Assembly (NCBI RefSeq): GCF_006345805.1
Contig: NC_043011.1
Coordinates: 18,116,464 to 18,180,463, forward strand
Direction of reading: 5' to 3'
DNA length: 64,000 bases
Origin: Octopus sinensis
Lineage: Eukaryota
This document shows positions 23,656 through 37,031 of the stretch, piece after piece. How positions within the stretch are numbered: position 1 is the stretch's first letter; each line of letters begins with the position of its first letter. The position numbers and the translations under genes are program-made. Below the pieces are notes generated by a model, which did no database searches, was not told the origin of the DNA, and saw only the letters and a list, made by a program, of their open reading frames with translations.

Positions 23656-24482
23656 TATCATGGACAAAGAATTTAAACATATGCGTAGGCGCACACATTG
23701 AAAAGAGACTGAATACATGTAGTGCGAAGTGAATCGCTGGCAATACCTTATATAACCTTATGCTTTAGCAACTGGTTTGCAGTGAAAGTATTGATTCGGA
23801 CCTAAATGAATTGACCGAGTTAACTGAACATATATTTATATGTGAATTGCAGTTTAAGATTTCTATTAGATTAGTCTTTTGAAACGCTTATAATCATGAA
23901 GTGGGTATACATACAATATCAACTAAAGTTTTGAATGACCTTTTCCAGTGCCACTTCCTGAGACGTAGATCAACTGTAGCGCAATTGTTAGTTTTAGTTG
24001 TGCGTAATCCAGGAAAATAAGTGCATTTTCATTCTTAGGTATCGGGGCAGAAAGTGTAACGATTCTTTAAATTTAGCTTACAGGATCAATATTTCGTTTT
24101 TGTTGTAAATATGGAAGTCCACAAATAATTATATAGCAAGTATTTGCATGCATTACGTTCCTATTGCGGAGAAGACAAGAAGTTGCAAATACTATTATTT
24201 ACAAACATATAACATATGTAAAAGTTTAAACAATACAAACTGGAAGGCGACGAACCTTACATTCATTTTATCTCTGAATCAAGATGTATGTGTTCCCTAA
24301 ATGTGTTCAATGTGACTCCAGTACAGATCTTTATCGTGAATCAAGGACGTTGGCAAAATACACCAAGCTTTTTATCAATATATTTTTGTCTGTTGAAACG
24401 CTTCTAATCCTGAAGTGGGTATATTTATACAATATCAAGTAAAGTTTTTATGATTTGTTCCAATGCAATATCCTCTTTCTGG

Positions 24483-24665
24483 GCGAAATGCTTAGCGGTA
24501 TTTCGTTTGTCTTTGTGTTCTGAGCTCAAATAACTGCCGAGGTCAACTTTGCCTTTCATCCTTTCGGGCTCGATAAATTAAGTACCAGTTGCGTACTGAG
24601 GTGGATCTAATCGACTGGCTCCCTCACCCCAAATTTCGGGCCTTGTGCCTAGAGTAGAAAAGAAT
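24483..24665 (+). mobile_element. SINE family B copy
   Basis: gggcgaaatgcttagcggtatttcg...gaggtcaactttgcctttcatcctttcggg core. Confidence 0.85.
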
Positions 24666-25292
24666 ATATTTTTGTTCAATAGGCAGATGTCGAGGTGTCC
24701 ATAGTCGCATAATTGTTTTATATTACTCTTTTACTAGTTTCAGCCATGCGGTTGAGGTCATGCTGGAGCACCATCATGGTGGAGAGCAATATCCATCGTA
24801 AATATAATCTTTAAAAAATATTGAACTGCTTTTGGGAATACCACATATAAGAATTGGTCTGTTAGTGTTGTTGAAAAGATACAGGGACTATATTTATATC
24901 TCACGAAACGTGATTGTCTTAGCTTCCGAAATATATTCACCAAAGTGTCTCTAATACGAATATCATTCTTTAAAGATATCATATTATAATAAATCATAAA
25001 GTAAATAGTTTGCTCAATTTATACTTAACACTGAAACTTCACATATATTTAAATACGAATTTGTATTCCTATGTCGAGTGGCCATAGATGTACGATTTTT
25101 TCGAAAAACGAAATCATCATTTCGTACTAAATTTATCGTAGATCGTGGATGAGAGATACAGAAAGCGAAACAACAGATAAAGAGATGATGAGAACAAAAT
25201 CCAAACTTCATATTTAATACAATACATGGGTCTTCAGCCATAAAAAATGTTTCTAATACGCTACTTTTACTTTAAATATAACTATATTCATA

Positions 25293-25437
25293 GGCGCAGG
25301 AGTGGTTTTGTGGTATCACATGGTTTCGGGTTCAGTCCCACTGCGTGGCACCTTGGGCAAATGTCTTTTACTATAGTCTCGAGCCGACCAAACCCTTGTG
25401 AGTGGATTTGGTAGACGGAAACTGAAAGAAGTCCGTC

Positions 25438-25515
<78 letters not shown>

Positions 25516-25728
25516 TATATATAGATATATATATATATATATGTATGTGTATGTGTGTTTACGTGTCCCCAACATCGCTTGACAAACGATGCTGGTATGT
25601 TTACGTCCTCGTAACTTAGCGGTAACTAAGTACTAGGCTTACAAAGAATAAGTCCAGGGGTCAATTTGCTCGACTAAAGCCGGTGCTCCAGCATGGCCAC
25701 AGTCAAATGACTGAAACAAGTAAAAGAG
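25293..25728 (+). mobile_element. SINE family A copy with small deletions and long internal (TA)n
   Basis: Aligns to 23239-23655. Confidence 0.9.
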
Positions 25729-26369
25729 TATATTCCCTTCAGTTATTGTAACCTTATGCTGTTTAAATCGAAAATACCACTTGGTCTTCCGATCTCTCAT
25801 GCATTCATATAGATCATGTATCGTACAGGTGGTGGTACTACTTCTCTCTTTATTATTATCGAATAAACTTACGATAATTGTAATGTTGCCAGTACCTCGC
25901 AAGTTACATTCTCTTCATGTTTATTTACAAACGGAATACGTCTAATTCCGAGCAGCTCCCTTTCATTAGTGTTTTGACCTTGGAAATATTCTTATGTAAA
26001 CAACTTGCAATAATAACACCCCTAATGTTAAACAGTTTGCTAGCCGAAAGCTAAACACACTAAGTTAAACTGTTATTTCCTTCAATATTTTTATAAAACT
26101 ACCCAGTAAGTATTGCTAAAAATTTATAAATATATTAGGTATGAGATTAATATAATTTCAGCCACAGTATTTGGAATATATTTTTGCTAAATATATATTT
26201 TTCATGCTTAAATATTTTCCCGGGACTTTTGTTTTATTTATGTGCGTGTGAATCGCATTATTCACCAGCACCAGCATCATCATCACCACCACCACCACAT
26301 CCACCATCGTCGTAATCGACATTTTCATTATCGTCATCATTATCATCAGCATCATGATCAACGGCAGCA

Positions 26370-26750
26370 AGTGGAGGCGCAATGGCCCAATGGTTAGGGC
26401 AGCGGACTGGCGGTCGGAGGATCACGGTTTCGATTCCCAGATAGGGCGTTGTATGTGTTTATTGAGCGAAAACACCTAAGAGGCTCCGGCAGGGGGTGGT
26501 GGTGACCCCTGTTGTACTCTTTCGCTCCAACATTCTCTCACTCTTTCTTCCTGTTTCTTGTACCCGACTTCCTACGCAACCACTGGGCCTGGATGCGCAT
26601 TCATCCATCCGTCGATGCTCTCGGTGTCGGGGGTTGACCTGCTTTCTCTTCTGCAGCTCTTACGAATCGCAAAGGACCACGTATCGGACTTCTCCCACTA
26701 CGGACGAAGACCGCTTCGCTCAACAAACAAACAAACAAACAAACAAACAA
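26370..26750 (+). mobile_element. SINE family C (tRNA head) with (AAAC)n tail and 13-bp TSD
   Basis: ggaggcgcaatggcccaatggttaggg A box, ggtttcgattccc B box; TSD ATCAACGGCAGCA at 26357-26369 and 26751-26763. Confidence 0.88.
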
Positions 26751-27467
26751 ATCAACGGCAGCAGTATCACTATTGAATGAGCTGTTCACGTGTTCAACTA
26801 ACTTCTTTGTTCTCACATTACTTGAAGTTAGGTTTTCTAGTTGCTCTGTTAATGTGTGTCAGATTCTCACACATTTGATTCTCTATCTATAGAGAGAATT
26901 ATATTGCTTTCTCCCTTTTACATTATATGTGTGTGTACATTATATGTGTATAAGATCGCTTTCTATCCTTCTCTCTCTCTCTCTCTCTATCTCTATCTCT
27001 CTCTCTCTCTCATACATTTTCTTTCTCTTCAACTCTATATTCTCGGTCTTGTATGATCCGCCATTTTTGTTAATTCACATGACCCCCAGTTTTGCTACTT
27101 CCTCATGTTTATAATACACGTATTGTTCGCGAGTTCGTGTACATCATTCAGGCCAAGCACAAAGAAAAAACAGACACACATTAAGTACGTACATTACTCA
27201 AATTTTGGTGTGTCGCAACTAATCATACTTGCATACACATATAACACATGCAGAATAAGAATGTGTAGCATCTTGCACATTTAAAGCCATACAAACTTGG
27301 ATACGCTCATAGCTGGGTTAATTTTCGTGTTTCTGTTTTACGAGATGGATGTTAAATACACATACGAAGTACAAGCTTAGATGATCGTCCTTTTTAACAG
27401 TAGGTATCCACATAAATAGTTGTATTAGGAATTTCACTACTAATATTAATAATGATAATCTTAATAT

Positions 27468-27625
27468 GGCGGCGAGCAGACAAAATCGTTACTCCACATT
27501 ACGTTATGAGTTCGGAATTTCGTCGAGTTTGTCTCCACCCTTCGTCCTTTCGGAATCCTTAAAATAAATACCAGCTGAACACTGGAACAGATGTAATCGA
27601 CCTGTACCCTTCCCCCCTCGATTGC
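27468..27625 (+). mobile_element. Degenerate SINE family B copy
   Basis: ggcggcgagc head, gagttcggaatt, ttcgtcctttcgg, aaataccagctgaacactgg. Confidence 0.55.
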
Positions 27626-28199
27626 TCTACTTCTGCCAAAGTTTTTAAATATTACGAATCCTAATGGTGCTTAAAAAGATAGCATTTGTATTGCTAATGA
27701 TACTGAAGTTACTATCTGGCTACCATCATCCATCTTATTCATTGTTCTTTCGTCGAGAAATTTTAAGTAGAAGTCAAGTATTGTAGCTTATTTTATCAAC
27801 GAAAGTGACTCATTCATATCTGGCTTGTCACCGATCTATTATACTCGTAATAACAATACACATACAAATCTCGATTTTATATCTAATTGAATAGCGAATT
27901 TCATCAAAATGGATATAGGGACAGATGATGAAATGGGTTAAGGAGCTGATGGCAAAATATGCAAAGGTGCTGACTGCGATATACCTTGCTCTAGTCAATG
28001 GATTGTCTTTATATTCTATAATGAAAAGAAGAACCAACCACACTGTCGAAAAACTCATTTCTTCCTTCAAGTGAAAAGGAAATCAAATACTCAGATCATT
28101 TATATAAATTGCATTCCTTGCAATGTATACTTCACACCAATATTTCTTTCTACTATATACACAACACCTATAATTTTAAGGCAAGTAGTTAGTCAATTA

Positions 28200-28360
28200 A
28201 ATCAATCCTAATCGGCAAATGCTACTCATTTTTTATCAACCCTGAAACAATAAAAGGCAATGTTAACCTCAAAGGAATTTGAACTCAGAAAACAAAGACG
28301 GCATAATGCCGCGCAGCGATTTTTCTGCCTGGCCGGCTAACGATTAGGCCAGCTCGACGC
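28200..28360 (-). mobile_element. Degenerate SINE family B copy
   Basis: Reverse complement has ggcgtcgagctggcc head, ctgagttcaaattcc and the core. Confidence 0.55.
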
Positions 28361-28393
28361 CTTGCACTTTTAGAACAGGGTATTAATATACAA

Positions 28394-28570
28394 GACGGCG
28401 AGTTAGCAGAACTCAATAGCATGCTCGGAAAATTGCTTTGCGATATTTCATCCGTTTTCATGTACTGAGTTCAAATGCCGTCTCATACATTACAAGGCAA
28501 TAAAATAAGTACCAGTTGAACACTGGGTTCGATGTAATAGACTTCCTCTAAATTAATGGACTTGAAACCT
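28394..28570 (+). mobile_element. Degenerate SINE family B copy (core deleted)
   Basis: acggcgagttagcagaa head, ctgagttcaaat, ataagtaccagttgaacactggg. Confidence 0.55.
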
Positions 28571-28599
28571 ATATCAAAGGCGAAGATCTTGCACAATAG

Positions 28600-28760
28600 T
28601 TAGAACGCCGGACAAGATCCTCAGCATCATTTCGTCCGTCTCTACGATCTTAGTTCGATTTCATCGAGGATGACTCTGCATTCTACCCTTACGGGGCCAA
28701 TAAAAGAAATACTATCTGAACATTGAGGTTCATGATATTGACTTACACCTTCTCGCGAAA
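28600..28760 (+). mobile_element. Very degenerate SINE family B copy
   Basis: ccggacaagat..., cccttacggggccaataaa, gaacattgaggttcatga. Confidence 0.4.
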
Positions 28761-30039
28761 CCAATATTAATAATTTGTGTATCAAGTAATACTGATACAA
28801 TTTATACCGCCATTCGGGAGAAATAATGATATAATGACATACACTGATAGAAATAGTTTCCCTTTTTCAAACTTAAGCATTAGAAACCTTTCAGATAACC
28901 ATTTTATTATTACATTAAATTATTTAACACTTTCCTAAAATGTGGACAAATCATAATTAATTTTTATCTGAGTACTTTATAGGGAATATAGAAGGATGAC
29001 ACTCTAGCCTTCCGGGTCAACAGTCAGAAAAAAGGCTGTAGACTGTGTAGGGCATTTCCTTTCACTTCGCTGAAAAAATTATTTGTGATACTACGTATCA
29101 TGAAAGAAAACATAATCAATGAGTTTACCGCTCTGGACATACTCTAAAACGACTAAAATACTGAACTAATTGTTCTACTGAGACAGTGATATTACGATGC
29201 TTTGAAATTTAAAATTTGGTGTGGCAGCCCATCATTGCTGCAGAAAAAATTATTGATTTCAAACCTTTCTATTTTCACTGAATTCGTTTGATTCTGCATG
29301 TAATGCTAAAACTTTTCTACGTATGAACGCTTGTCGCTTGACCCATTTAACTCAAAGTCAAGTAAATGAAGTTAGGAGCAGAATGTCGGCGCCAAATCTA
29401 CAGATTGAGACCGTTGGATATGCCGAACATCCGTTAACTTGACTATCACAAGAGATGGACTTTTCCATACTATGTGATGCAAAATGCTAGTTAATACTCG
29501 TGGTGTATTCACTGCCTAATACGATATTTTTTCCTCTAAATATATGCAGAGCCTGTAAAGTACTCTGAGTCCAGAGGTCTTCATCTAAAGTTATTTCATG
29601 AAGTATTGTTTATTTTCGTTTTACTTTGATCACTTAACAGGAATTAAATTAATGCCAAATAAATATCATGCTGATAAGTGACTTGCGCTTCTTTATAGTG
29701 CTGATATGTAAACATAAGAAATATGTCTCTCTTCACCCATTCTTCAAAGTAACGGTTATTTAATTTCAAAAACTGTTAATTTGACATCGATTTCGATACC
29801 AGGCGAGCAGAGCCTTATTAAGTTTAAAAGAGGCACAATGATAATTTAGTGTAAGATTTTAGACAAACAGGAAACAAAAGATAATTTGGAGAAAACATTC
29901 CCGGAAAATACTACAACTGCTGGATTATTTATCGTGTTCGTTTGCTACTGAGGTTACGCAGATTCTAGATGTGTTTCATAAACAAATTATAAGTATGCTC
30001 AATCCTTTGTAATTATAAATAGTTTTTAAATTTTGGCAC

Positions 30040-30235
30040 AAGGCCAGGAATCTCAATGGAGAGTGCAATTCGATTATATCGATCCCAGTGCTCAATTGGT
30101 ACTTAAGTTATTAATTTCGAAACGATGAAGGGTACAGTCGGCCTGGTCGGCATTTGAATTCAAGATGTATAGTTGGAAGAAATGCCACTATGTATGGTTT
30201 CTGTCGCAGTAACGGTTCTGTTACCTCGCTGTCAA
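30040..30235 (-). mobile_element. Degenerate SINE family B copy
   Basis: tcgatcccagtgctcaattggtactta and tttgaattca on the plus strand are the reverse of the core and B box. Confidence 0.55.
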
Positions 30236-31189
30236 AGGCATAGCATTAAAATATTAAAATATTATTATAATCATAGCAACGTTGAATGAAGATGCCTATT
30301 TATGATTTTCTTTAATCGATATTGTGTACCTGAAATATTTCCTTGCTTGTTTTACATTACCAAATTGACTTTCTACATATATGTTAAGTATTACATACAA
30401 ATTAAGAGGAATTTAGGAAAATAATTTAATAAATGAAGAGACAGGTAAATATACACTCGGGATGTAATAATGAAACTGATTTGCAGTTCAGTGCCACAAG
30501 GGACGTGTGGAAATGATCCGCTTATAATTATAAACAGTATGGTGGCGTCGGTGACAGACTGATTGATGAATTTAGATAGGTCGTGTGGTGTGGTGAGAAA
30601 TTAAGAGTGCAAGCCTGCCTGATAAAGCATGCTAGTGGGGCAGTGGGTGAATGTGTTGGGTTTCTAACCATAGCACTGGTAATTCTCAACAAATCAGTGG
30701 CGGTGGGCTAGGATGAATAGATGTAAGAAAGTTAGAAATACAGTATACTGGTGTTGTAGAAGTTATGTATACCATTGCACCGCTTTACTGTATCTATTTT
30801 GCTGTCTATAACTTTTCTATCTAAATACTGTGGATGAGGTGCGCTTAGCACATGGTACTTTATCCTCAGTGAGAGCGTGGGTTGGTCATAGTAGTTGTTA
30901 CTACTGCCGCTGTATATGGTTGAATATATTTGACTTGTGAAATATTTCTGTGTATATGGGAAGCAACGTTGTTGGTTAAGTAGCCTTCAAATAACTTGAG
31001 CAACAATCCGGAGGATGGTAAGGTGATATCAGTGTAATGTAATGTCATCGGGAAAAACTATCCTTGTATGAATTGTGGATATGCGATGAAGCAGATTATG
31101 TGTAGCTGGATAAATATAAATGAAATGAAGATTCAACTGGATATTCATTGTGCCAGCATAGACCACGAGTATCGGCGCTGTTCATTCAC

Positions 31190-31395
31190 GCCGGGCGAAA
31201 TGCTTAGCAGTATTTCGTCTGCCGTTACGTTCTGAGTTCAAATTCCGCCGAGTTTGACTTTGCCTTTCATCCTTTCGGGGTCGATAAATTAAGTACCAAT
31301 TACGCACTGGGGTCGATGTAATCGACGTAATCCCTTTGTCAGTCCTTGTTTGTCAACTCCATGTTTAGTCCCTTGTGAGTAGTAAAGAAATAGGA
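31190..31395 (+). mobile_element. SINE family B copy
   Basis: ccgggcgaaatgcttagc..ctgagttcaaattccgccgag..catcctttcggggtcgat..gtaaagaaatagg. Confidence 0.88.
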
Positions 31396-31811
31396 GCTGT
31401 TCACGCACACAATAGAAGCTCGGAGGATTGACGGATAGGTGGCTAGTCCTCATTTTTTACTGCTTCTTACTTTGTCTTCGTGTAGTATTGTGTGAACGGA
31501 TAGAGGGGAAACTTTAACTATTGTAGTCATTAATAGTAGTTAAATGTTGCATACTTCGGACATTATTTCTGTTGTGTCTGAAACCGTCACGCATTCTCCG
31601 TATATTATATTTTAACTGCATATTGACTGTGTAATCGTTTCAATCAGTGTTAACTACTTGTCATATTTATAAACACAACTATTATTCCGTTAGTCGTACT
31701 TACCCAAACAAATATTGTCTAAACAAAACAAAACAAAGTGCTACATATACTATTATTTGTAAATTCATAATGTTATCGTTGACCAAATGTAAATTATGGC
31801 CTGTCTAAGAC

Positions 31812-32010
31812 GGTGAGGATGCAGAATCGTTTGCATGCCGGACAAGATGATTTGTTTCGTTTTTCCGCTATTACGTTCTGAGTTCCAATTTCGCCGAGAT
31901 CGACTTTACTTTTATTTTTCGGTGTCGATGAATTAGTACCAGATGAGCACTAAGGTCGACGTAATCTACTACCCAGTCTGCCAGAATTTCAGGCCCTGTG
32001 CCTATTATGG
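31812..32010 (+). mobile_element. Degenerate SINE family B copy
   Basis: ttacgttctgagttccaatttcgccgagatcgacttt core. Confidence 0.6.
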
Positions 32011-34917
32011 AGAGGAGGCTTTGTTTTTCTGGCAGGCACCGAAGCATATTAGATATTCATATTAATGCAGATTGATGAAGTCACTACACTGTCATTCGTA
32101 GTAAATACAGACACACACACAAGAAAAAGTGAAAAACAGACGAACATATTCCAATGGAGGCCAAAAAGAAAAATAATAAAATAAAAATGGCATTATGTTC
32201 ACTGTTGGAATATCTTTCCACGTAACAATTCTGGATTTTCTTTTGCTTGTGGCTAAGCTAGCACCTCATAGCCGTTGATGTAAATATAAAAAAATAAAAC
32301 ATCCATAGTAATGATAAAAAGACAACTAGCAAGAATGCCAAACGTATAGTAGCATATTTGTAATGAAGAATGATGTCAATGGAATTAGCTATCATTAGTA
32401 TTTAAAAATAAATTATTTGATATTGAAGCATAATAAAATGAGTTGCAGTTTGACATTTATATATACGCTGCCACTTTTATGGTATGGATATATAATTAGA
32501 TAACATTGGTGTCGTATGGTATCTGTACATATATCACTGTCGAAATATGACATCTTCAGCTATGATATCACTGTTAGATATATGTAGTAACGATATGAGT
32601 GTGCTTGCGATACGATACTATAATTATAGTATGTTTATACTAACGATGTCAGTGTTGTAAGGGAAATTGACTTTATCAACGCTGTCGTATCATATTTGGT
32701 GTAAAAATATCACTGTATATTTTTGTTTTAAAGTCAAGTTACTGTAGCAAGGTATACATAATTACTATATTACCGTCTTACTCCAGTTATATCTATATAG
32801 TCCCATTTTAAGTTGGCACTGGGGGTGATGGTTAAGAAGACGACGACGATGGCGAAGATCACAATAATGATGAGGACCATGATGGTGATAAATATTACAG
32901 TAACCATAGTGATTATGACCGTGCTATTATGGTGGCGGATATAAAGTTGACGCTAAGGCTAAAAAGTACTGAGCATGACGTTAATATCAATGACGAATAT
33001 GATGTCTTAGAAGGGGGTGACAATAATGAGGATAAGGATGTGAAGGGGAAGATGCAAAGAAGAGGGCCTAGAAAGAGATTTCACAAAAGGAAGTATTTCA
33101 CAAATGGATTCAAAGCAATGGAATCGCACAGGAAGAAGCAAAGAAAAGCACAAAAGAACAAAACGAAATTCCACATTTGCAGCAGTAAAAGTAACGAACT
33201 GAATATATCATGCAAACGATTGTTTTTAATTAATTAATTTATTTTTTTGTCTTTACACGTGAGATCTGAACAACATTGAATCTAATTGATGATATAGTGG
33301 ACTTGTGTAGTTGTCAACTGATTTACTGTCAATTCAGAGCATAAGTTAGCGAAGTTTACGCCGAAGTCAGATTGATAATATTAGCAAGAACAAGAAAAGT
33401 AAGAGCAACAAAAACGACTTCATCAAGAAATTTCGTTCCATTAATAACAACACCAACAACATTTATATTGATTCAAAATCAACAATAAAAAAGAACAAAG
33501 TACAAAGTACAATGATAAAAGAAAAAAAAGAACACTAAAACAAGTCGTATAACAACCAACCAATAAGAGAAACAATATATTCAAACAATTCTGGAATGCC
33601 AGGCAGACATTCTCTGTCTGTGTAGTAGATTCAGTATATCAGACAAATTTCAATTATATGAAAAACTGGGGAAAAGAATTATATATTTTCTTTTTTTTCC
33701 CTTTTATTGAAAACTTCTACGAGTCCGAATGGACAGTCTTTCGACAGAAGAGAACTTAACAGACATAAATCAAACTAAATCTAAGAAAAGTCGCACACAG
33801 ACACATACCTAAAAATAATATTGCATACACAAACATAGATATATACGCCGAAAAAAATACACCGCAGAAGACGAACGAATGAGAGGACATGTGTGCATAT
33901 GTATTTGTATAGGTTCAGATATAAGCAAACACTTACATATATACCTATGTACATATATAGATACATATATTGAAGCGTGGATAGAAAGAGAAGAAACAGT
34001 GAAAATGAAGTAAAATGAAGGAAAAGCTAGAAAGAAAAGTTGAAGAACAGAGATTATTTCTTGGACGAAAATTTACCAATTCTTACTCGTTACAAAGAAA
34101 GAAGAAAATAATCTGAGACGCTGGAGTAGACCACGTATAAAAGTTTATTTTCCTTTTTATCTAAATAATTCTTAACGACGAGGAATTGTACAGATGGGAA
34201 TATCTATGAGTCTCATTAGTGAAATTTATTTCCATAATAGAGAGATATTTAGGTAGCAAGAGAGAGAGAGAAAGAGATAAACAGAGAGAGAGAGAGGAAG
34301 ATTGAGAAAAAGAAGGAAGAAGGGAAAGTGCCAAAATAGAGAGGGATAGGAGACACTTCTGATAATTTCTAATTTTTCTGCTTTGATGAATATATATATA
34401 TGTGTGTGTGTGTATGTGTGTACGTTTGTGTGTGTGTGTGCGCTCGCTCGCATGTGTGTTTATGTGCGTCCATTTATGTGTGTGTAATATATATATATAT
34501 ATATATACATGTATGTACGTATATATTTGTATATGTACATGGTGTGTTGCAAAGAAAGTCCTGTGGTATTTTGGCATGAGTGCTTTGAGGGCATTTTGCA
34601 ATATTTACAATAAGCACTAAATTTAATTTTATTTCTTTCTAAAGATTACGTTTTACCACAAAGATTAAATCTGTATCGATTTTATCTGTTTAAAATACAT
34701 TTAGATCAGAACCACTTCAGACACCGTATTTTGTATGGATTCAAGCAGGGCTCTTCACTAATGCAGGTGGGCAGAAATATTCGTACTTTTGTAGAAATGA
34801 TGTTTCAATTGTCTGGATAAACCAACGGTAGTTTCTGAAGTTTTCGCTGAAGAAATATTCCTCCAGCAGACAATCTTAGATCTTAACAACGCAATTTATT
34901 TAATATTCATTCCTAGC

Positions 34918-35056
34918 GGTGGCGAGGTGGCAGAAACGTTAACACACCCGGTGACTTGCTTAGAGGTATATCGTTTGTCTTTACCTTCTGAGGTCAAATT
35001 CTACCGAGGTCGACTTTGCCTTCCGGAGTCGGTAAATTAAGTGCCAGTTGCGTATA
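34918..35056 (+). mobile_element. SINE family B copy, 3'-truncated into (TA)n
   Basis: ggtggcgaggtggcagaaacgtta head; gaggtcgactttgcct core. Confidence 0.75.
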
Positions 35057-35058
35057 TA

Positions 35059-35125
<67 letters not shown>

Positions 35126-35127
35126 CA

Positions 35128-35159
<32 letters not shown>

Positions 35160-35204
35160 TATGTGTTTATATATATGTATATATATATATATACATATAT
35201 GTAT

Positions 35205-35254
<50 letters not shown>

Positions 35255-35345
35255 TGTATATACATACATACATATATATAAACACATACATACACACATA
35301 TATATATATATATATGCCTATATATATATACGTACATAAATACAT
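35057..35345. repeat. Compound (TA)n/(TG)n microsatellite
   Basis: Direct reading. Confidence 0.95.
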
Positions 35346-35350
35346 ATAAA

Positions 35351-35885
35351 TATTGGTTTGGCAACTAGAATTTTTTAAAAGTTTTAATAAAAAATAACAA
35401 CTAATTAATCAATAATGTGTTGTTGTTTACAACTTCTTTCCAACATTTAACAAGATTTTCAATACCTCGTTGGTGGACGTCGCCCGATTTCGACTCGAAA
35501 AATTGATTCAACCAAGCTCTCAATTGTGCATCAGAACGATACTCTGCTCATAGCATTTGAATGAGTTCCAAAGAGGTGGAAATCCGTTGGTGCAAAATTA
35601 GGAGTGCACGGTGGGTGTGGCAACACTTCCTAGCCATGCGTTAGAATGGCTTCCATCGTCATATTGGCGATATGAGGGCGGGCGTTATCGTGCAGCAGAA
35701 GAACTCCATGCTGCCGATTAGGTATTTTCTCTTGAATAGCCGTGCTGTGTTTTTCCATCTGTTTTTCCAAGCGTCGACAGCTTGGTTCCGTTCAAGCAAT
35801 TCGTAATGGATAATCCCTTCCCAGTCCCACCATACGTACAACATTGTTTTACACTGATGAAGATCTTGTTTCATGCGCGATGCGT
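35351..35885 (-). mobile_element. Mariner (DD34D) 3' remnant with one TIR
   Basis: KTMLYVWWDWEGIIHYELL, LHDNARPH, EVLPHPP..P...PTDFHLF; TIR-like tattggtttggcaacta at 35351. Confidence 0.8.
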
Positions 35886-36080
35886 TGTGCACCGGGCGAT
35901 GCGTCGTGCTATTGAGTAAAACACTTCATTTCACGTTGCTCCAGTTCATTTAGCTGACAAAAATGTGTAATCCTTAGACGGACCGGCGTCCCGACCAGGT
36001 GGGGAATATATACGCCTTTGAAATTGAGAAACCGGCTCTCATTTGCCTGGCATGGCTCGAGAAGGAGACATGTTATTCAT
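35886..36080 (+). mobile_element. SINE fragment with CORE-like and V-like domains
   Basis: ttgagtaaaacacttcatttcacgttgctccagttca followed by gacggaccggcgtcccgaccagg. Confidence 0.5.
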
Positions 36081-36319
36081 ATATCTATATATATATATAA
36101 GTTTCCAAATTATGGTTGTTAGAGATGTAGCATCCTACTTGGAACCGTAGTCGCATGCACCGTTTATTTATGCTGAGCAATCTCTGTGAGTCTATAAAAA
36201 CTCCAGTTAATTTCATTTGCCAACCCGTGTCTATCTTCACATGCGTAAATCCATATGTCTCCATAGAGACTGCTTTTTTTCGGAGAATAAAGATTTTTAT
36301 CCAGTTTTATGCACCAGTC

Positions 36320-36555
36320 ACTTACTTCTTTTCCTTTCTGCGCCTACACATTTCTGCAGCAATTCATTAATGCACACTGCAAAATTGGCATCTTTATGTG
36401 CTCTTATTGTTAATTGCCACTTCTTCAGGGTGGAATCAACCGCATTGTTCAGATATAATCTCAACCAAATACAAGTCTAGCTAAAATGCACGTGGTGCTG
36501 TCATTGTTCCAAACATAGCTAAGATCGTGACCTTTTCAACTCTCCTGGTAAAGAA
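36320..36555 (+). repeat. Unclassified repeat, left member of an inverted pair
   Basis: Aligns to the reverse complement of 38045-38250 (e.g. cattgttccaaacatagc, cctacacat). Confidence 0.75.
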
Positions 36556-36559
36556 CCTA

Positions 36560-36965
36560 GCACTAATATTTAGTAGTTATTTATTTCGGCGGTAAATAAG
36601 CACCTTCCTAAAGGTAGCAAATTTTATAAAATCTCCAACTCGGTAAGAATTGCTTTTTCGAATACAAATAATATGGCAAAAATAATAACAGCCAAAAATA
36701 CGAAAAGATTAATTTATTTCTACGGTAAACAGATTCGCTTTAACATAACCATATTAACTAATATTAATGAAACAAGATGAGATAAAGTAAATAAAGATAA
36801 AAATGAAAACGAGCCATGGGGTTCAACTTTTGGAAACACGGTCCAAGCATATGAACAGGGAAATAAAGATGCTAAAAAGAGCAGCATAGTAAAAGCAAAT
36901 GACCACAATGAAAATACGAACTTAAGGCATAGACACAGCGAAATGAGTAATAATAATAATAAATA

Positions 36966-37031
<66 letters not shown>

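Noticed and set aside
24758-24997. ORF ending HHDGAPA, resembling a DDE transposase QDGAPAH motif
   Set aside because: The motif is the ggtgctccagcatg segment of a SINE A tail fragment; no other transposase motifs
30500-31170. Possible decayed APE endonuclease on the minus strand (YHPP, DQPT)
   Set aside because: Only scattered 4-residue matches in different frames
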